From contig CAVUXE010000058.1 of NCBI GenBank assembly GCA_963745235.1, forward strand, positions 32,001-96,000: a DNA stretch of 64,000 nt, written 5' to 3'. How positions within the stretch are numbered: the first letter of the stretch is position 1; every line of letters starts with the position of its first letter. The stretch comes from an uncultured Spirochaetota bacterium. GTDB taxonomy: Bacteria > Spirochaetota > Spirochaetia > SZUA-6 > Fen-1364. Shown piece by piece: positions 1-11,047 of the stretch. The position numbers and the translations under genes were made by a program. Below the pieces are notes generated by a model. The model saw only the letters and a program-made list of their open reading frames with translations. It had not been told where the DNA came from and did not search any database.

Positions 1-638
1 TCCAGCAGGCGCTCCTGAAGATCGTGGAAGGCACGGTGGCCTCGGTGCCGCCGCAGGGCGGCCGCAAGCACCCCAACCAGGAGATGCTGCGCATCGACAC
101 CACCAACATCCTCTTCATCTGCGGCGGGGCGTTCGTCGGCCTGGACAAGATCGTGGAGCAGCGGACGGTCGCGCATCCCCTGGGCTTCGGGTCCGACCCC
201 AAGGGCCTCGGAGAAAAGGACCTGGTGGAGCTCTATAGCCAGCTCCAGCCGGATGACCTGATCAAATACGGGCTCATCCCGGAGTTCGTGGGCAGGCTTC
301 CCATTGTCGTCCCGCTGGAAGAGCTGGACGCGGATGCCTTGCGGCGCATCATCACGGAGCCCCACAACGCCATCCTCAAGCAGTACAAGGCTTCCTTCAA
401 GCTGGACGAGGTGGAGCTGGAGTTCGACGAGCGCGCCATAGACGCAATCGCGCACAAGGCCATAGAGCGCAAGACTGGCGCGCGCGGCCTGCGTGCCATC
501 GTCGAGGCCCTGATGATGGACGTCATGTTCGATATCCCCTCCCTCAAGGGCGCCAAGAAGGTCGTCATCACCGAGCGCGTGGTCACGAGCTCCGAGAAGC
601 CCGAGATCATCCTTTCCGGTCAGAAGAAGACCGCCTAG
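1..638 (+). CDS. clpX: ATP-dependent Clp protease ATP-binding subunit ClpX (5' partial)
   Basis: Frame open from the window edge ([11 protein letters not shown]). Motifs [30 protein letters not shown] and KTGARGLR. Directly upstream of lon. Confidence 0.97.
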   Translation, partial: QQALLKIVEGTVASVPPQGGRKHPNQEMLRIDTTNILFICGGAFVGLDKIVEQRTVAHPLGFGSDPKGLGEKDLVELYSQLQPDDLIKYGLIPEFVGRLPIVVPLEELDADALRRIITEPHNAILKQYKASFKLDEVELEFDERAIDAIAHKAIERKTGARGLRAIVEALMMDVMFDIPSLKGAKKVVITERVVTSSEKPEIILSGQKKTA

Positions 639-652
639 CGCTTTCAAGCGCA

Positions 653-3260
653 ATGAAGATCCTCCTCAAGAGACACGAGATGTTCATGGTCCCGCTGAAG
701 GACCTGGCGGTTTTCCCCCGGATGGTCGTGCCTCTGTTCGTGGGCCGAAGACGGTCCCTGCGCAGCGTGGAAGAGGCGATGCGCCTGGGTCGGCCGCTCT
801 TCCTGGTGTCGCAAAGGAAGACCGGCGTGGAGGAGCCGGATGAGCGAGATGTGCACGACGTGGGCACGGTGGCGCGCGTGCTGCAGATGCTCAAGCTTCC
901 GGATGGGAAGATCCGGCTTCTGGTCGAAGGGCTGGAGAGGGCCGCCATCTCGAAATACTCGGAGACGCGGGATTCATTCCGCGTGATCGTGAGGCCGCTG
1001 CCGGAAACCCGGGACATCACTCCCCAGATGTCAGCCCTCATGCGCACGGCGCTCTCGCAGTTCACCCGGTTCGCCGAGGTCTCCAAGAAGGTCCCCCCGG
1101 AAGCCGTCACCGCCGTGGAGGGCGCGGAGCTGCCGGACGCCCTCGTTGACCTGATTGCGGGAAACCTGCCTCTGAAGCTCCCCCAGAAGCTGGAGCTCCT
1201 CTCCATCGAGAACCCGGAGACCCGCCTGGAGAGGTGCGCGGCAATCGTGGCTTCGGAGATCGAGGTGCTCTCCCTGGAGCAGGAGATCACCGGCAAGGTC
1301 AAGCGGAAGCTGGAGAAGACGCAGAAAGACTACTTTCTCAACGAGCAACTCAAGGAGATCCAGCGGGAGCTGGGCGCGGAGGGGGAGGACCCGACCGGCG
1401 CCAGGGAGCTGGAAGAGAAGGTGAAAGCCAAGGGGCTTCCCGCCGAAGTGGCGGAGAAATGCCAGAAAGAGCTCAAGCGCCTGGGTCGCATGCAGCCCAT
1501 GTCACCGGAGTCTGCGCTCCTGCGGACCTACCTGGAATGGATCGTGGACCTGCCATGGAAAGAGGCCACCGCGGACAATCATGACATCGAGCGCGCCCGC
1601 CAGATCCTGGATGAAGACCACTACGACCTGAAGAAGGTCAAAGAGCGCATCCTCGACTTCATTGCGGTGCGCCAGCTCTCCCCCACGGTGAAGGGGCCGA
1701 TCCTCTGCTTCATCGGTCCGCCCGGGCACGGGCAAGACCTCCCTTGGCCGCTCCGTTGCGCGCTCCCTGGGACGCAACTTCGTGCGCGTTTCCCTGGGCG
1801 GGGTCCGGGACGAAGCAGAGATCCGCGGGCACAGAAAGACGTACGTCGGCGCGCTTCCCGGCAAGATCATCCAGTCCATGCGCAAGGCTGGCTCACGCAA
1901 TCCGGTTTTTCTCCTGGACGAGATCGACAAGATGAGCTCCGACTGGCGGGGAGACCCTGCCTCCGCGCTGCTGGAGGTGCTGGACCCTGAGCAGAACGCG
2001 ACCTTCATGGATCACTACCTCGAAGTGCCGTATGACCTGTCCCACGTGATGTTCATCACGACGGCGAACTCCTCGCACAACATTCCCTATCCGCTTCGCG
2101 ACAGGATGGAAGTGATCGAGATCTCCGGATACACCGAGTTCGAAAAAGAGAAGATCGCGGAGAGGTTCCTCGTTCCCAAGCAGATCCGGGAAAACGGGCT
2201 GGGCTGGGCAGACATCACGTTCCAGAAGTCCGCCATCCTCAAGCTCATCAGGGGTTTCACGATGGAGGCGGGGGTCCGAAACCTCGAGCGGGAGATTGCG
2301 AACATCATCAGGAAGGTCGCGCGGGAAGCGGTGAAGCAGGGCAGGATGCCTTCGGCGGCGGTCCCGCCGGCGGAGCTCGAAAGCCCGGAGGCGGCCGCAC
2401 AGGGGGAGACACCTTCCGCCGCCGCAGCCGCGCCCGACGTCACTGCTGCTCCGGCGTCCGTACCTGATGCAGCGGCAATTCCGGCAGCCGACCAGACCGC
2501 CCCCGTGCCTGAGCTATTCAAGGTCACCGTCACCGGCAGGAATGTGGAGAAGTACCTCGGCAAAGTCAAGTTCCTGGAAAGCACCTTCTCCCGTGACATG
2601 AAGCCGGGGCTCGCCTACGGACTTGCGTGGACCGAGGTGGGAGGACAGCTCCTCCCCGTTGAGGTGGCCATCCTCGAGGGAAAGGGAGAGCTCATGCTCA
2701 CCGGAAGCCTCGGGGACGTGATGAAGGAAAGCGCCCAGGCCGCGCTCTCTTTCCTGCGCGCCCACCATGCGACCCTGGGCATCCCGGCGGATTTCACGAA
2801 GGACCGCGACATTCACATCCACGTTCCCGAGGGGGCAATCCCGAAAGACGGCCCATCCGCGGGCATCACCCTGGCCGCCGCCGTCCTTTCCGCCGTCACG
2901 GGGGTCGCGCTGAAAAGCGGCTTCGCGATGACCGGGGAGATCACGCTGACCGGCCGGCTCCTTCCCATTGGCGGAGTGAAGGAAAAAGTGCTGGCCGCGC
3001 ACCGCTACAAAATGACGCACGTTCTCCTCCCCCTGCGAAACGAGAAGGACCTGGAGGAGATCCCCGCCGAAGTGCATCAGGACATGGGCTTCGAATTCGC
3101 GGATTCGGTGCTGGATGCCATTGCGATACTGTTCCCGCGGGGGAGCTTTCCCGAGGCGGATTCAGCGGGGCAGCCCGGCCGCCAGGAGGACCATGCGAAG
3201 CTCCCGGAAGGCGCGGCAACGCCTGAGGACGACGTCCCGCTGACCCAGCCGACCGTCTAG
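653..3260 (+). CDS. lon: Lon protease, split by one frameshift near 1724-1727 (probable sequencing error)
   Basis: N-domain is in ORF 653..1990. Walker A GPPGTGKTS is restored by removing one base. ORF 1782..3260 carries [26 protein letters not shown] (catalytic Ser) and GGVKEK (catalytic Lys). Confidence 0.95.
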
Positions 3261-3320
3261 GAAGCAGACGCTGCCCGCCCGGGAATTGCCCCCCCGGAAT
3301 TTCTGTATATTCATTCCACC

Positions 3321-4451
3321 ATGAATAGTCTTGACCGGTCCGTGGCCTGGGCGCGCATGAATATGCCCCTGACGGAAGGAGAAATCGCCGCGCTGGAAAG
3401 GCTTGAAGGGATCCGGCTGGCCTGCTCCATGCACCTGGAGCCGAAGGCGCTCCCCTTCTTCGAGGCGTTCCTCGAAAAGGGCGGAGAGCTGTTCCTGACG
3501 ACGTGCAACCCTCGCACCGTGCGTGATGAAGTGGTCACCCGCCTGGTTTCGCGCGGCGCCGCGGCGCATGCGTGGAGAGACATGACGGGGGAGGACCAGG
3601 CGGAAGCGACGAGGCGCGCTCTTGCCTGGGGACCGACCCACCTGTACGAAATGGGAGCAACGTTCACCGCGCATGTCCTGGAAACGGCCGCAGAGGTTTC
3701 CGTCACCGCGGGGCTGGAAGCAACGGGGTCCGGGATCTCGCGGATCGCCGGGCTCACCCGGGACGGTCTCGTGCTCGGCTTTCCCGTGTTCAACTGCGAC
3801 GACGTTCCGATCAAGGAAGGCCTGCACAACCGCCACCTGGTCGGGCTGAGCACCTGGAATACGTTCATGGAGCGAACGCAGCTCAGCCTGCATGGCCGCC
3901 GCGTCCTGGTGGTGGGTTTCGGCCTGGTGGGGCAGGGAGTCGCCGAGGTGGCCCGGGCTTTCGGCGGGACCGTGAGCGTCGCGGAATCGGACCCGTCCCG
4001 CGCCCTGTTTGCCGCGTACGCGGGTTACCCTGCCGGCCGCCTGGAGGACCTGGTGGACCAGGCGGACGTCATAGTGACCGCGACGGGCAGGCCTGGCGTC
4101 CTGAACGCGCGGCATTTTGCGCACCTGAAAGGCGGGTGCTTTCTCCTGAACGTCGGTCACACGCCGGATGAGATAGACGTTGCCGCCCTGGGCCCTCGGA
4201 ACGAGATCCTTCCCTTCGTGGAGCAAGTGGCGCCATGTGGCAGAAAGGCGTTTCTTTTTGCAGGAGGGTCTATGGCCAACCTCACCGCGGGGCAGGGCGA
4301 TTCGCTCAATTCCTTTGACATCACGATGGCGACCCTGGCTTCCGGCGTCCGCTTCCTGGTCAGCCGGGAGGCCGGCCGGTTTCCCGCGGGCCTTCACGCT
4401 CTTCCCCGCAGCGCGTGGGAGCACGTTGCCCGCCTGGCCTCAGGTGTTTGA
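3321..4451 (+). CDS. Adenosylhomocysteinase (AhcY/SAHH)-family protein, short and divergent
   Basis: LEGIRLACSMHLEPK, CNP, Rossmann VVGFGLVGQG, IVTATG, LNVGH and ANLTAGQG follow the SAHH layout. Several catalytic motifs are altered. Confidence 0.8.
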   Translation: MNSLDRSVAWARMNMPLTEGEIAALERLEGIRLACSMHLEPKALPFFEAFLEKGGELFLTTCNPRTVRDEVVTRLVSRGAAAHAWRDMTGEDQAEATRRALAWGPTHLYEMGATFTAHVLETAAEVSVTAGLEATGSGISRIAGLTRDGLVLGFPVFNCDDVPIKEGLHNRHLVGLSTWNTFMERTQLSLHGRRVLVVGFGLVGQGVAEVARAFGGTVSVAESDPSRALFAAYAGYPAGRLEDLVDQADVIVTATGRPGVLNARHFAHLKGGCFLLNVGHTPDEIDVAALGPRNEILPFVEQVAPCGRKAFLFAGGSMANLTAGQGDSLNSFDITMATLASGVRFLVSREAGRFPAGLHALPRSAWEHVARLASGV

Positions 4452-5234
4452 CGCGCTGCGGCGGTGACCCTCCATCCGACGCCTGAGCTCGCCCATGAGC
4501 GATCGCATGGCCTGATCACCCCGATCGACGAGCTCATCCAGTTTTTTCAGGTTCCTGTAGTGCATCCCGCGCAGGTCGGGGTTGACCGTCACGTCCGCGT
4601 CAGCCAGGCCTTTCTGGCCCGCGCTGCCCAGCAGAATGTCGAAGGTGTAATAGGCGATATCGAGGATGTTGCGGGGAGGGCCGGATTGCTGCTTGCGCGC
4701 GTGCAGGTTCACCGCTATGACCACATCCGCTCCCAGCCTGCGCGCAACGTCGGCCGGCACGTCATTCACAAGCCCCCCGTCAACAAGGGCAGACTCACCG
4801 TTACGGACCGGCTCGAAGAGCCCCGGCACGCTGCAGCTGGCCCGCACGGCCCGGGCCACGGATCCGGCGGTGAAGACAACCGGCTCACCGCGTTCGAGAT
4901 CCGTGGCGACAGCCGCGAACGGAATGCGCAGGTCGGAGAAATCACGCACCCCGATCATGGCCTCCACGTAGCGTTCAAGCTTGTCGAGGCGCATCATCCC
5001 CTGCCGGGGAATGGTGAGGGATACGATGTGGGACCATTCCAGGCGGCGGGCCGCATCACGGATCTGCTGCCATGAGCGTCCCGCGCAGAAGGCGGCGCCC
5101 ACCACGCTTCCCGCGCTGGTGCCGGCGACGCAGTCCACACGAATGCCTTCCTCCGAAAGGACCCTGAGGACGCCGATATGGGCAAGACCAAGCGCGGCGC
5201 CCCCGCCGAGGGCGAGCCCGATGCGGACGCTCAC
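4440..5234 (-). CDS. Patatin-like phospholipase (RssA-like)
   Basis: LALGGGAALGLAHIG, GTSAG nucleophile and DGG motif. GTG start at 5234 lies just downstream of a sigma70-like promoter. Confidence 0.92.
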   Translation of the reverse strand: MSVRIGLALGGGAALGLAHIGVLRVLSEEGIRVDCVAGTSAGSVVGAAFCAGRSWQQIRDAARRLEWSHIVSLTIPRQGMMRLDKLERYVEAMIGVRDFSDLRIPFAAVATDLERGEPVVFTAGSVARAVRASCSVPGLFEPVRNGESALVDGGLVNDVPADVARRLGADVVIAVNLHARKQQSGPPRNILDIAYYTFDILLGSAGQKGLADADVTVNPDLRGMHYRNLKKLDELVDRGDQAMRSLMGELRRRMEGHRRSASNT

Positions 5235-5240
5235 GTCAGG

Positions 5241-5270
5241 AGGATAGCGGCGACGGTGGACGGGAGTCAA
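5241..5270 (-). promoter_or_regulatory. Putative sigma70 promoter for the patatin gene (leaderless)
   Basis: Minus strand reads TTGACT-N18-TATCCT-N6-GTG. Confidence 0.55.
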
Positions 5271-5331
5271 GGTTGCCCGGTGGACGACACCGCGCACGGG
5301 TGCCTACATTTGTGACAAGGAGCACTTTTCC

Positions 5332-5949
5332 ATGAAAGAGCACATTCGACCGGCCACCCCGGTTCTGGTCATCTCGATTGCCCTCCTTCTTGCGGGCGCG
5401 GCTGCCGCTGGCTTTGCGCAGGCGGCAGTGCCCGTGTCGATCGACGGCACGGTGACGTCCATAAGCGCCACGCGGATCACTCTCACGGCAGCGGACGGCA
5501 GCACGAAAAGCGCCACTGTTTCCCCGGGCACACTGGCCCTGGAGCGGCGCAGTGCGACACTCTCCGACATCCGTGAGGGAGACGCCATGGGAGTCACCAC
5601 CCACCGGGCGGAGGACGGCGCAATGACGGCGACGGCAATCAATATCTTCTCCGCGGAGCTGTACAAGGTCGTCAAGAAGGGGCAGTTCCCCATGCAGCAA
5701 CCGGGCCAGATCATGACCAACGCGGTGGTCACGGCGTTCCTGCCCAAGGGAGACACGCATGCGCTCACCATGACCTATAATGGTGAGAAGTTTCCCATCG
5801 TGGTCCCCGGCAGCGCCGAGGTTCACCGCCTGGTGACCGTGAGCCTGGCCATGGTGAAGGCAGGAATGCACATCCTGGTCAGAGGCAGTCCGAACGCCGA
5901 CGGGAGCATCAAGGCGGCCGTGGTGAGCTTCGACAGTCCGCAGGGATAG
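5332..5949 (+). CDS. Secreted beta-rich protein, DUF5666-like
   Basis: AAGGAG RBS and a signal peptide. Two related repeats end in DGAMTATAI and DGSIKAAVV. Confidence 0.65.
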   Translation: MKEHIRPATPVLVISIALLLAGAAAAGFAQAAVPVSIDGTVTSISATRITLTAADGSTKSATVSPGTLALERRSATLSDIREGDAMGVTTHRAEDGAMTATAINIFSAELYKVVKKGQFPMQQPGQIMTNAVVTAFLPKGDTHALTMTYNGEKFPIVVPGSAEVHRLVTVSLAMVKAGMHILVRGSPNADGSIKAAVVSFDSPQG

Positions 5950-6030
5950 CCGCGCAATCTTCCCTTGCATATTCGCGCCCCCGCGGCTAAGAATAGTGGA
6001 CGCCGCCGGGCGACCTCCGCGCGGAGAGGT

Positions 6031-7822
6031 ATGCCTCGGCGGGGCTTTGGGGGCGCTTCCTGAAGTATCGCAGCATTCGAGCAAAGCTCCTCGTCTACTT
6101 CGTCGCCGTCATAGTGCTGCCCCTCCTGACCCTGGGAATCCTGGGGCCGTCCATCTCGGCGCGGATCATCGAGAGAGAAGTCACAAACCACACGGTCCAG
6201 CTGATCCGGCAGGTGACGCGAAATATCGAGTTCTATATCCGGGAGATGGAGGGCATCATATCGATCCTCGCCGAGGATGGGGATATCCAGGCCTTCTACG
6301 GCATCAGCGACGCCGGAGCGCCTTTTTCCCCGCAGCGGAAAGCCGGGGCCTTGCGCCTTCTTGGCAACATCACCCAGGTAAACACGGAGATTGCCGGTAT
6401 CCTCCTGGTGAACGATCTGGACGGGCACCTCAGCAACGAGATCCAGCCGATAACCCGGGACCCTCTCTGGGAAGAGGGGTGGTATCGTCAAGCGGTGCGC
6501 TTCGCGCCGGCCGTCCAGCTTCTCCCCCGGCCCGTTGGCAGGAACCTGCGGAACACCCCCGGCTACAGCGCTGACGACGTGGTCTCCATCGTGAAGGCGG
6601 TCATGGACCCTCGCACCGGGCGGGCCCGGGGAGTGGTCCTGATCGATATGAAGCTGCAGGTCGTCCAGGACATCTTCGTCGACATGAAAGTCGGGCAGGG
6701 CGGGTTTCTCTTCATCGAGGATGCGGAAGGCGGCACCGTCTACGCGCCGGTCAATCCCGTCGTGTACCGCGTGAGAAGCGAGTGGCTCACGGGCCCGCGG
6801 ACCAGCACCATGCGCAGGATCAGGCGGCGCCGGACTACCAGATCATCGCCCAGAGCTCGGATTACACCAGATGGAAGACAATCGGAGTCTTCCCGCTGAA
6901 CGAGATCATGAGCCAGGTGAGCCTCATCCGGTACTACTCCTTCATCATCGCCGGTGTGACGCTCCTGGTTGCCGTGATAGTCTCCATCTTCTTCACGGGA
7001 TCGATCGCCCGGCCGGTCATTGCGCTGCGGGCCCTCATGAAAGAGGCGGAGGAGGGGAACCTCGCCGTACGCTTCAAGGGACACCAGGAAGACGAGATCG
7101 GCTACCTGGGCAAGAGCTTCAACACGATGATCGAGGAGATCCAGAAGCTCATCGACCTGGTCTATCGAGAGCAGCAGAGCAAGAGGGAGGCGGAGCTGAA
7201 GACGCTTCAGGAGCAGATCAAGCCGCACTTCCTCTACAACACCCTGGACACCATCCAGTGGATGGCGCAGGACCACGGGGCGAAGGACATCGTCCAGGTC
7301 GTGGGCGCCCTCACGAGCCTCTTCCGCATCGCCCTGTCCCGGGGCAAGGAGATGATCAGCCTGAGCGACGAGCTGGAGCACGTGCGAAGCTACCTCATCA
7401 TCCAGAAGCTGCGCTACGAGGACAAGTTCGATTTCTCGCTCTGCGTCCAGGACGAGGTGCTGCCGTACATGGTGCTGAAGCTGACGCTCCAGCCCCTCGT
7501 GGAGAACGCGATCTATCACGGGATCAAGGAACGGCGCGGGCACGGGTCCATCCGGGTCGAGGCGCTGCGAAGCGACGGGGTGCTGGTGCTGCGCGTGCGC
7601 GATGACGGGGTCGGGATGTCGGAGGAAAAGCTTGCCGCCGTCCGCGCCCTCCTCACGAAGGCCCCCGAGGAAAGCTCCCAGAAGAACGGCTACGGCATCT
7701 CGAACGTGAACGAGAGGATCCAGCTTTCCTTCGGCAAGGATTTCGGGCTTCGCTTCGAGAGCGCGCCCGGGGAGGGAACCACCGTCGAGATCCTGCACCC
7801 TCTGATCCAGGGGGAGGTATGA
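6031..7822 (+). CDS. YesM-like sensor histidine kinase (Cache-HAMP-His_kinase), two frameshifts (~6041-6053 and ~6820-6835)
   Basis: GGAGAGG RBS before ATG 6031. TM segment KLLVYFVAVIVLPLL, HAMP DEIGYLGKSFN, QIKPHFLYNTL, LQPLVENAIYHG and DDGVGM. Confidence 0.9.
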
Positions 7823-7829
7823 GGCGACC

Positions 7830-9035
7830 ATGTGGAAAGTCCTGATTGCGGATGACGAGCCCAAGATCCGGCGGGGTCTCCGCTCGACCATAGAGCAGAT
7901 ACGCCCGGACATGCGGGTGGTTGCGGAGGCGGAGGATGGGGAAACGGCGCTTGCCCTTGTCCAGAAGGAGAAGCCCGACATCCTCATGATCGATGTGCGC
8001 ATGCCCTTCCTGAACGGCCTTGACCTGATCCAGAAGATCAACGAGGTCTGGCGGGACTGCGTCATCATTGTCGTGTCCGGACACGACGAGTTCGAGTACG
8101 CCCAGCGCGCTCTTTCCCTCAGGGTCTTCGAGTACGTGCTGAAGCCCGTCCCCCGGGACGCCCTTGCATCCGTGCTGGTGCGCGCGGAGGCGGAGCTCAC
8201 CGCCGCCCGGCAGCGCAACCATTACATGAGCTGGGCGCACGAGCAACTGGAACGCAACATGCCCATCCTCCGCGAGCAGCTTTTCCGCGACTGGGTGCGC
8301 GGACGGCTGTCCCGTTCCGAGATCAAGGAGCAGGCGGCCTTCCTGGGCATCGTCACCACCGGCTACCGCATGATTGCGCTCGTGCACGTCATGGAGAAAA
8401 TGGCGACGGCCGAGCTTTCCCGGGAGAAGGACAGGCGCGTCGAGCTGTTCGCGGTGCGGCGGATCGCGGAGGAGGCGTTCAAGGATTTTCCTCCCGTCTC
8501 CGTGTTCCTTGACGAGCAGGATGACGTGGTTGTCCTCGCCGGGGCCTCCGTGGGCCCCCCCTGGACCCGCGCGGTGGAAACCGCGGAGTCTCACGCCGCG
8601 GGGTCGCTGGCGCATGCCCTCTTCATAGCGCACGCCCCCATTCCCGAAGGAGCGGAAGGCGTGGCGGAGACCTACGAGGCCCTCAGCGCGGAGGTCGCCC
8701 GCAGGAGCGGGCACCACTCCTTCGTCCTCCTGGCGCAGAACTACGTGGATTCCCACTACGGCAAGGCGGAGCTCACCCTGGAAGAGGTGGCCGGGGCGGT
8801 CCAGGTGAGCCCGGGCTACTTGAGCCGACTCTTGAAGCGGGAGACGGGCTTCTCCTTCGTCGACTATCTCACACGGGTGCGCATCAACACGGCGGTCAAC
8901 CTCATGGCGGATCCGGCGGTCAAGGTCTACGAGGTGGCGGAAGCGGTGGGCTACCAGAGCCAGCACTATTTCAGCCGCGCATTCAAGCGCGTCTTCGGCC
9001 GTTCTCCCGTGGAGTACAGGAAGGGGGGTGCGTAG
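7830..9035 (+). CDS. YesN-like response regulator (REC plus AraC HTH)
   Basis: VLIADDE, IDVRMP and YVLKP in the REC domain. C-terminal YLSRLLKRETG...VGYQSQHYFSRAFK. Confidence 0.95.
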   Translation: MWKVLIADDEPKIRRGLRSTIEQIRPDMRVVAEAEDGETALALVQKEKPDILMIDVRMPFLNGLDLIQKINEVWRDCVIIVVSGHDEFEYAQRALSLRVFEYVLKPVPRDALASVLVRAEAELTAARQRNHYMSWAHEQLERNMPILREQLFRDWVRGRLSRSEIKEQAAFLGIVTTGYRMIALVHVMEKMATAELSREKDRRVELFAVRRIAEEAFKDFPPVSVFLDEQDDVVVLAGASVGPPWTRAVETAESHAAGSLAHALFIAHAPIPEGAEGVAETYEALSAEVARRSGHHSFVLLAQNYVDSHYGKAELTLEEVAGAVQVSPGYLSRLLKRETGFSFVDYLTRVRINTAVNLMADPAVKVYEVAEAVGYQSQHYFSRAFKRVFGRSPVEYRKGGA

Positions 9036-9036
9036 G

Positions 9037-10896
9037 GTGCAGAGGTCATGGAGGGCAGGGTTTTCCTGCGTGCTGTTGTTTGCCTCACTCTTCGCGTGCA
9101 GTCGGGAACGTCCCGTTGACCAGGCCTACCAGTTCCTGATCGGAGTATCCCTGGCGAACCTCACCGAGCCCTGGCGGATCAACATGAGCGAGGAAATAAA
9201 GAGCCAGGCGTCCCATTACCCGAATCTCCGCGTCGTGTTCACCGACGCCGCAGATTCCAGCAGCAGGCAGATCCAGGACGTGAAAAAGCTCCTGGATTGC
9301 GGGATCGACCTCCTCATCATCTCTCCCAACGACTCCGAGGCGCTGACACCCATTATCGCGGAGGCGTACAAGCGCATCCCGGTCATCCTCCTGGACCGCT
9401 CCGTGGTGGGCTACGACTACACCCTCTTTATCGGCCCCGACAACAGGCTGATCGGCAAGCAGGCCGGGCAGTACGTCACCGACCTGCTGGGCGGCAAGGG
9501 AGGGAAGGTCGTGGAGATCATGGGACGCTCCGGCTCGCCTCCTGTCCTCGACAGGCGCCTGGGTTTCCAGGAGGCCATTGCGCCGCACAAGAGCATCAGG
9601 ATCGTTGCCAGCATCAACGCGGACTGGCTGCGGGACAAGGCGGAGGACGAGCTGACGGCATGGCTCGCGAAGAACGGCCCCGTGGACGTGATCTTTGCCC
9701 AGAATGACGCGATGGCTGACGGAGCGCACCGGGCCGCGGTGAAGCTCGGTATCAACGGGATCCGCGTCGTCGGCATCGACGGGCTGCCGGGGCCCGGCGG
9801 CGGCATCGACCTGGTGCGCAGCGGGGCCCTTGCCGCCACCTTCACCTGCCCCACCGGCGGCAAGGAGGCCCTCATCTATGCGATGGATATCCTCCACCAC
9901 GAAGAGGGCATCCCGAAGAAGATGATCCTTCGGACTTCCCTCGTCACGAAGAAGATAATCGAGAGCGGCGCCCTGGGGGCGCCCGCGCGGCCGCGCCTTC
10001 CCGCAGACCACCGCATTGTGCTGGGTTTCGCCCAGACAGGGACGGAAAGCAACTGGCGCCTGGCGAACACCGAATCCATCAAGACCGCGGCGCGCCAGGC
10101 CGGGATCGACCTCGTCTTCGTGGACTCTGAAGGTCAGCCGGAAAGGCAGATCGCTGCCGTGCGGTCATTCATCGCGCGCAAGGTGGACGTCATTGCATTC
10201 TCCCCGATCGTCGAGTCGGGGTGGGAGCCCGTGCTCCGGGAGGCGAAAGCCGCCGGGATCCCGGTCTTCCTGTCCGACCGCACCGTCGACGTAAAGGACG
10301 AGTCGCTCTGGGCCAGCTTCATGGGCTCGGATTTCCTGGAGGAAGGGCGCCGCGCCGCGCGATGGCTCATCAACTATATGAAGACGGACAAACCCGTCAA
10401 CATCGTCGAGCTGCTGGGCACAATCGGCTCTGCCCCCGAAATCGACAGGACCCAGGGCTTCAAGGAGATACTCAAGGACCATCCCAACTACCGCATCATC
10501 GTTTCAGAGAGCGGCAACTTCGAGCGAAGCACGGGCAGGCAGGTCATGCAGCAGATCCTCAAAGACCTGGTCGCGAAGGGCCAGAACATGGACGTGCTGT
10601 TCGCGCACAACGATGACATGGCCATCGGCGCCATCGCGGCCATGGAAGAGGCGGGTCTGAAGCCGGGGAAGGACGTGGTCATCGTGTCGGTAGACGGCAT
10701 CCGTGACGCATTCAGCGCCATGATCGCGGGGAAGCTCAACTGTTCCGTGGAGTGCAGCCCCCTCCTTGGCCCGCAGCTCATGAAGGCCGTGAAGGACTAC
10801 GAGCTGGGCAAGGAACTGCCTGTCCGGATCATCACGGCGGAGAGCGTGTTCCCGGCCGCGGTGGCAAGCAGGGTTCTGCCGTACAGAAAGTACTAG
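9037..10896 (+). CDS. Lipoprotein with two tandem type-I periplasmic sugar-binding domains
   Basis: Lipobox-like LFAC. Domain 1 has FAQNDAMA...GIDG...PTGG. Domain 2 has GFAQTGTESNWR...FAHNDDMA...VECSPLLGP (YtfQ-like). Confidence 0.9.
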   Translation: MQRSWRAGFSCVLLFASLFACSRERPVDQAYQFLIGVSLANLTEPWRINMSEEIKSQASHYPNLRVVFTDAADSSSRQIQDVKKLLDCGIDLLIISPNDSEALTPIIAEAYKRIPVILLDRSVVGYDYTLFIGPDNRLIGKQAGQYVTDLLGGKGGKVVEIMGRSGSPPVLDRRLGFQEAIAPHKSIRIVASINADWLRDKAEDELTAWLAKNGPVDVIFAQNDAMADGAHRAAVKLGINGIRVVGIDGLPGPGGGIDLVRSGALAATFTCPTGGKEALIYAMDILHHEEGIPKKMILRTSLVTKKIIESGALGAPARPRLPADHRIVLGFAQTGTESNWRLANTESIKTAARQAGIDLVFVDSEGQPERQIAAVRSFIARKVDVIAFSPIVESGWEPVLREAKAAGIPVFLSDRTVDVKDESLWASFMGSDFLEEGRRAARWLINYMKTDKPVNIVELLGTIGSAPEIDRTQGFKEILKDHPNYRIIVSESGNFERSTGRQVMQQILKDLVAKGQNMDVLFAHNDDMAIGAIAAMEEAGLKPGKDVVIVSVDGIRDAFSAMIAGKLNCSVECSPLLGPQLMKAVKDYELGKELPVRIITAESVFPAAVASRVLPYRKY

Positions 10897-11047
10897 ACCC
10901 CCGGGAGCCCGCGGCGACGGCGGAAAAGTACACAAAATAGCTGATTCGTCTAAATACAGCCGACCTCGAAATATGCTCAGATAGAATCGCTTTCGGATTC
11001 GAAGGTGATCTTTGCCAGGGGACAGCCGAACGCGGGGGGGCAGGGTT

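Noticed and set aside
3261-3320. Possible SAH riboswitch before the ahcY-like gene
   Set aside because: The 60-bp gap is occupied by a promoter-like sequence and lacks the consensus.
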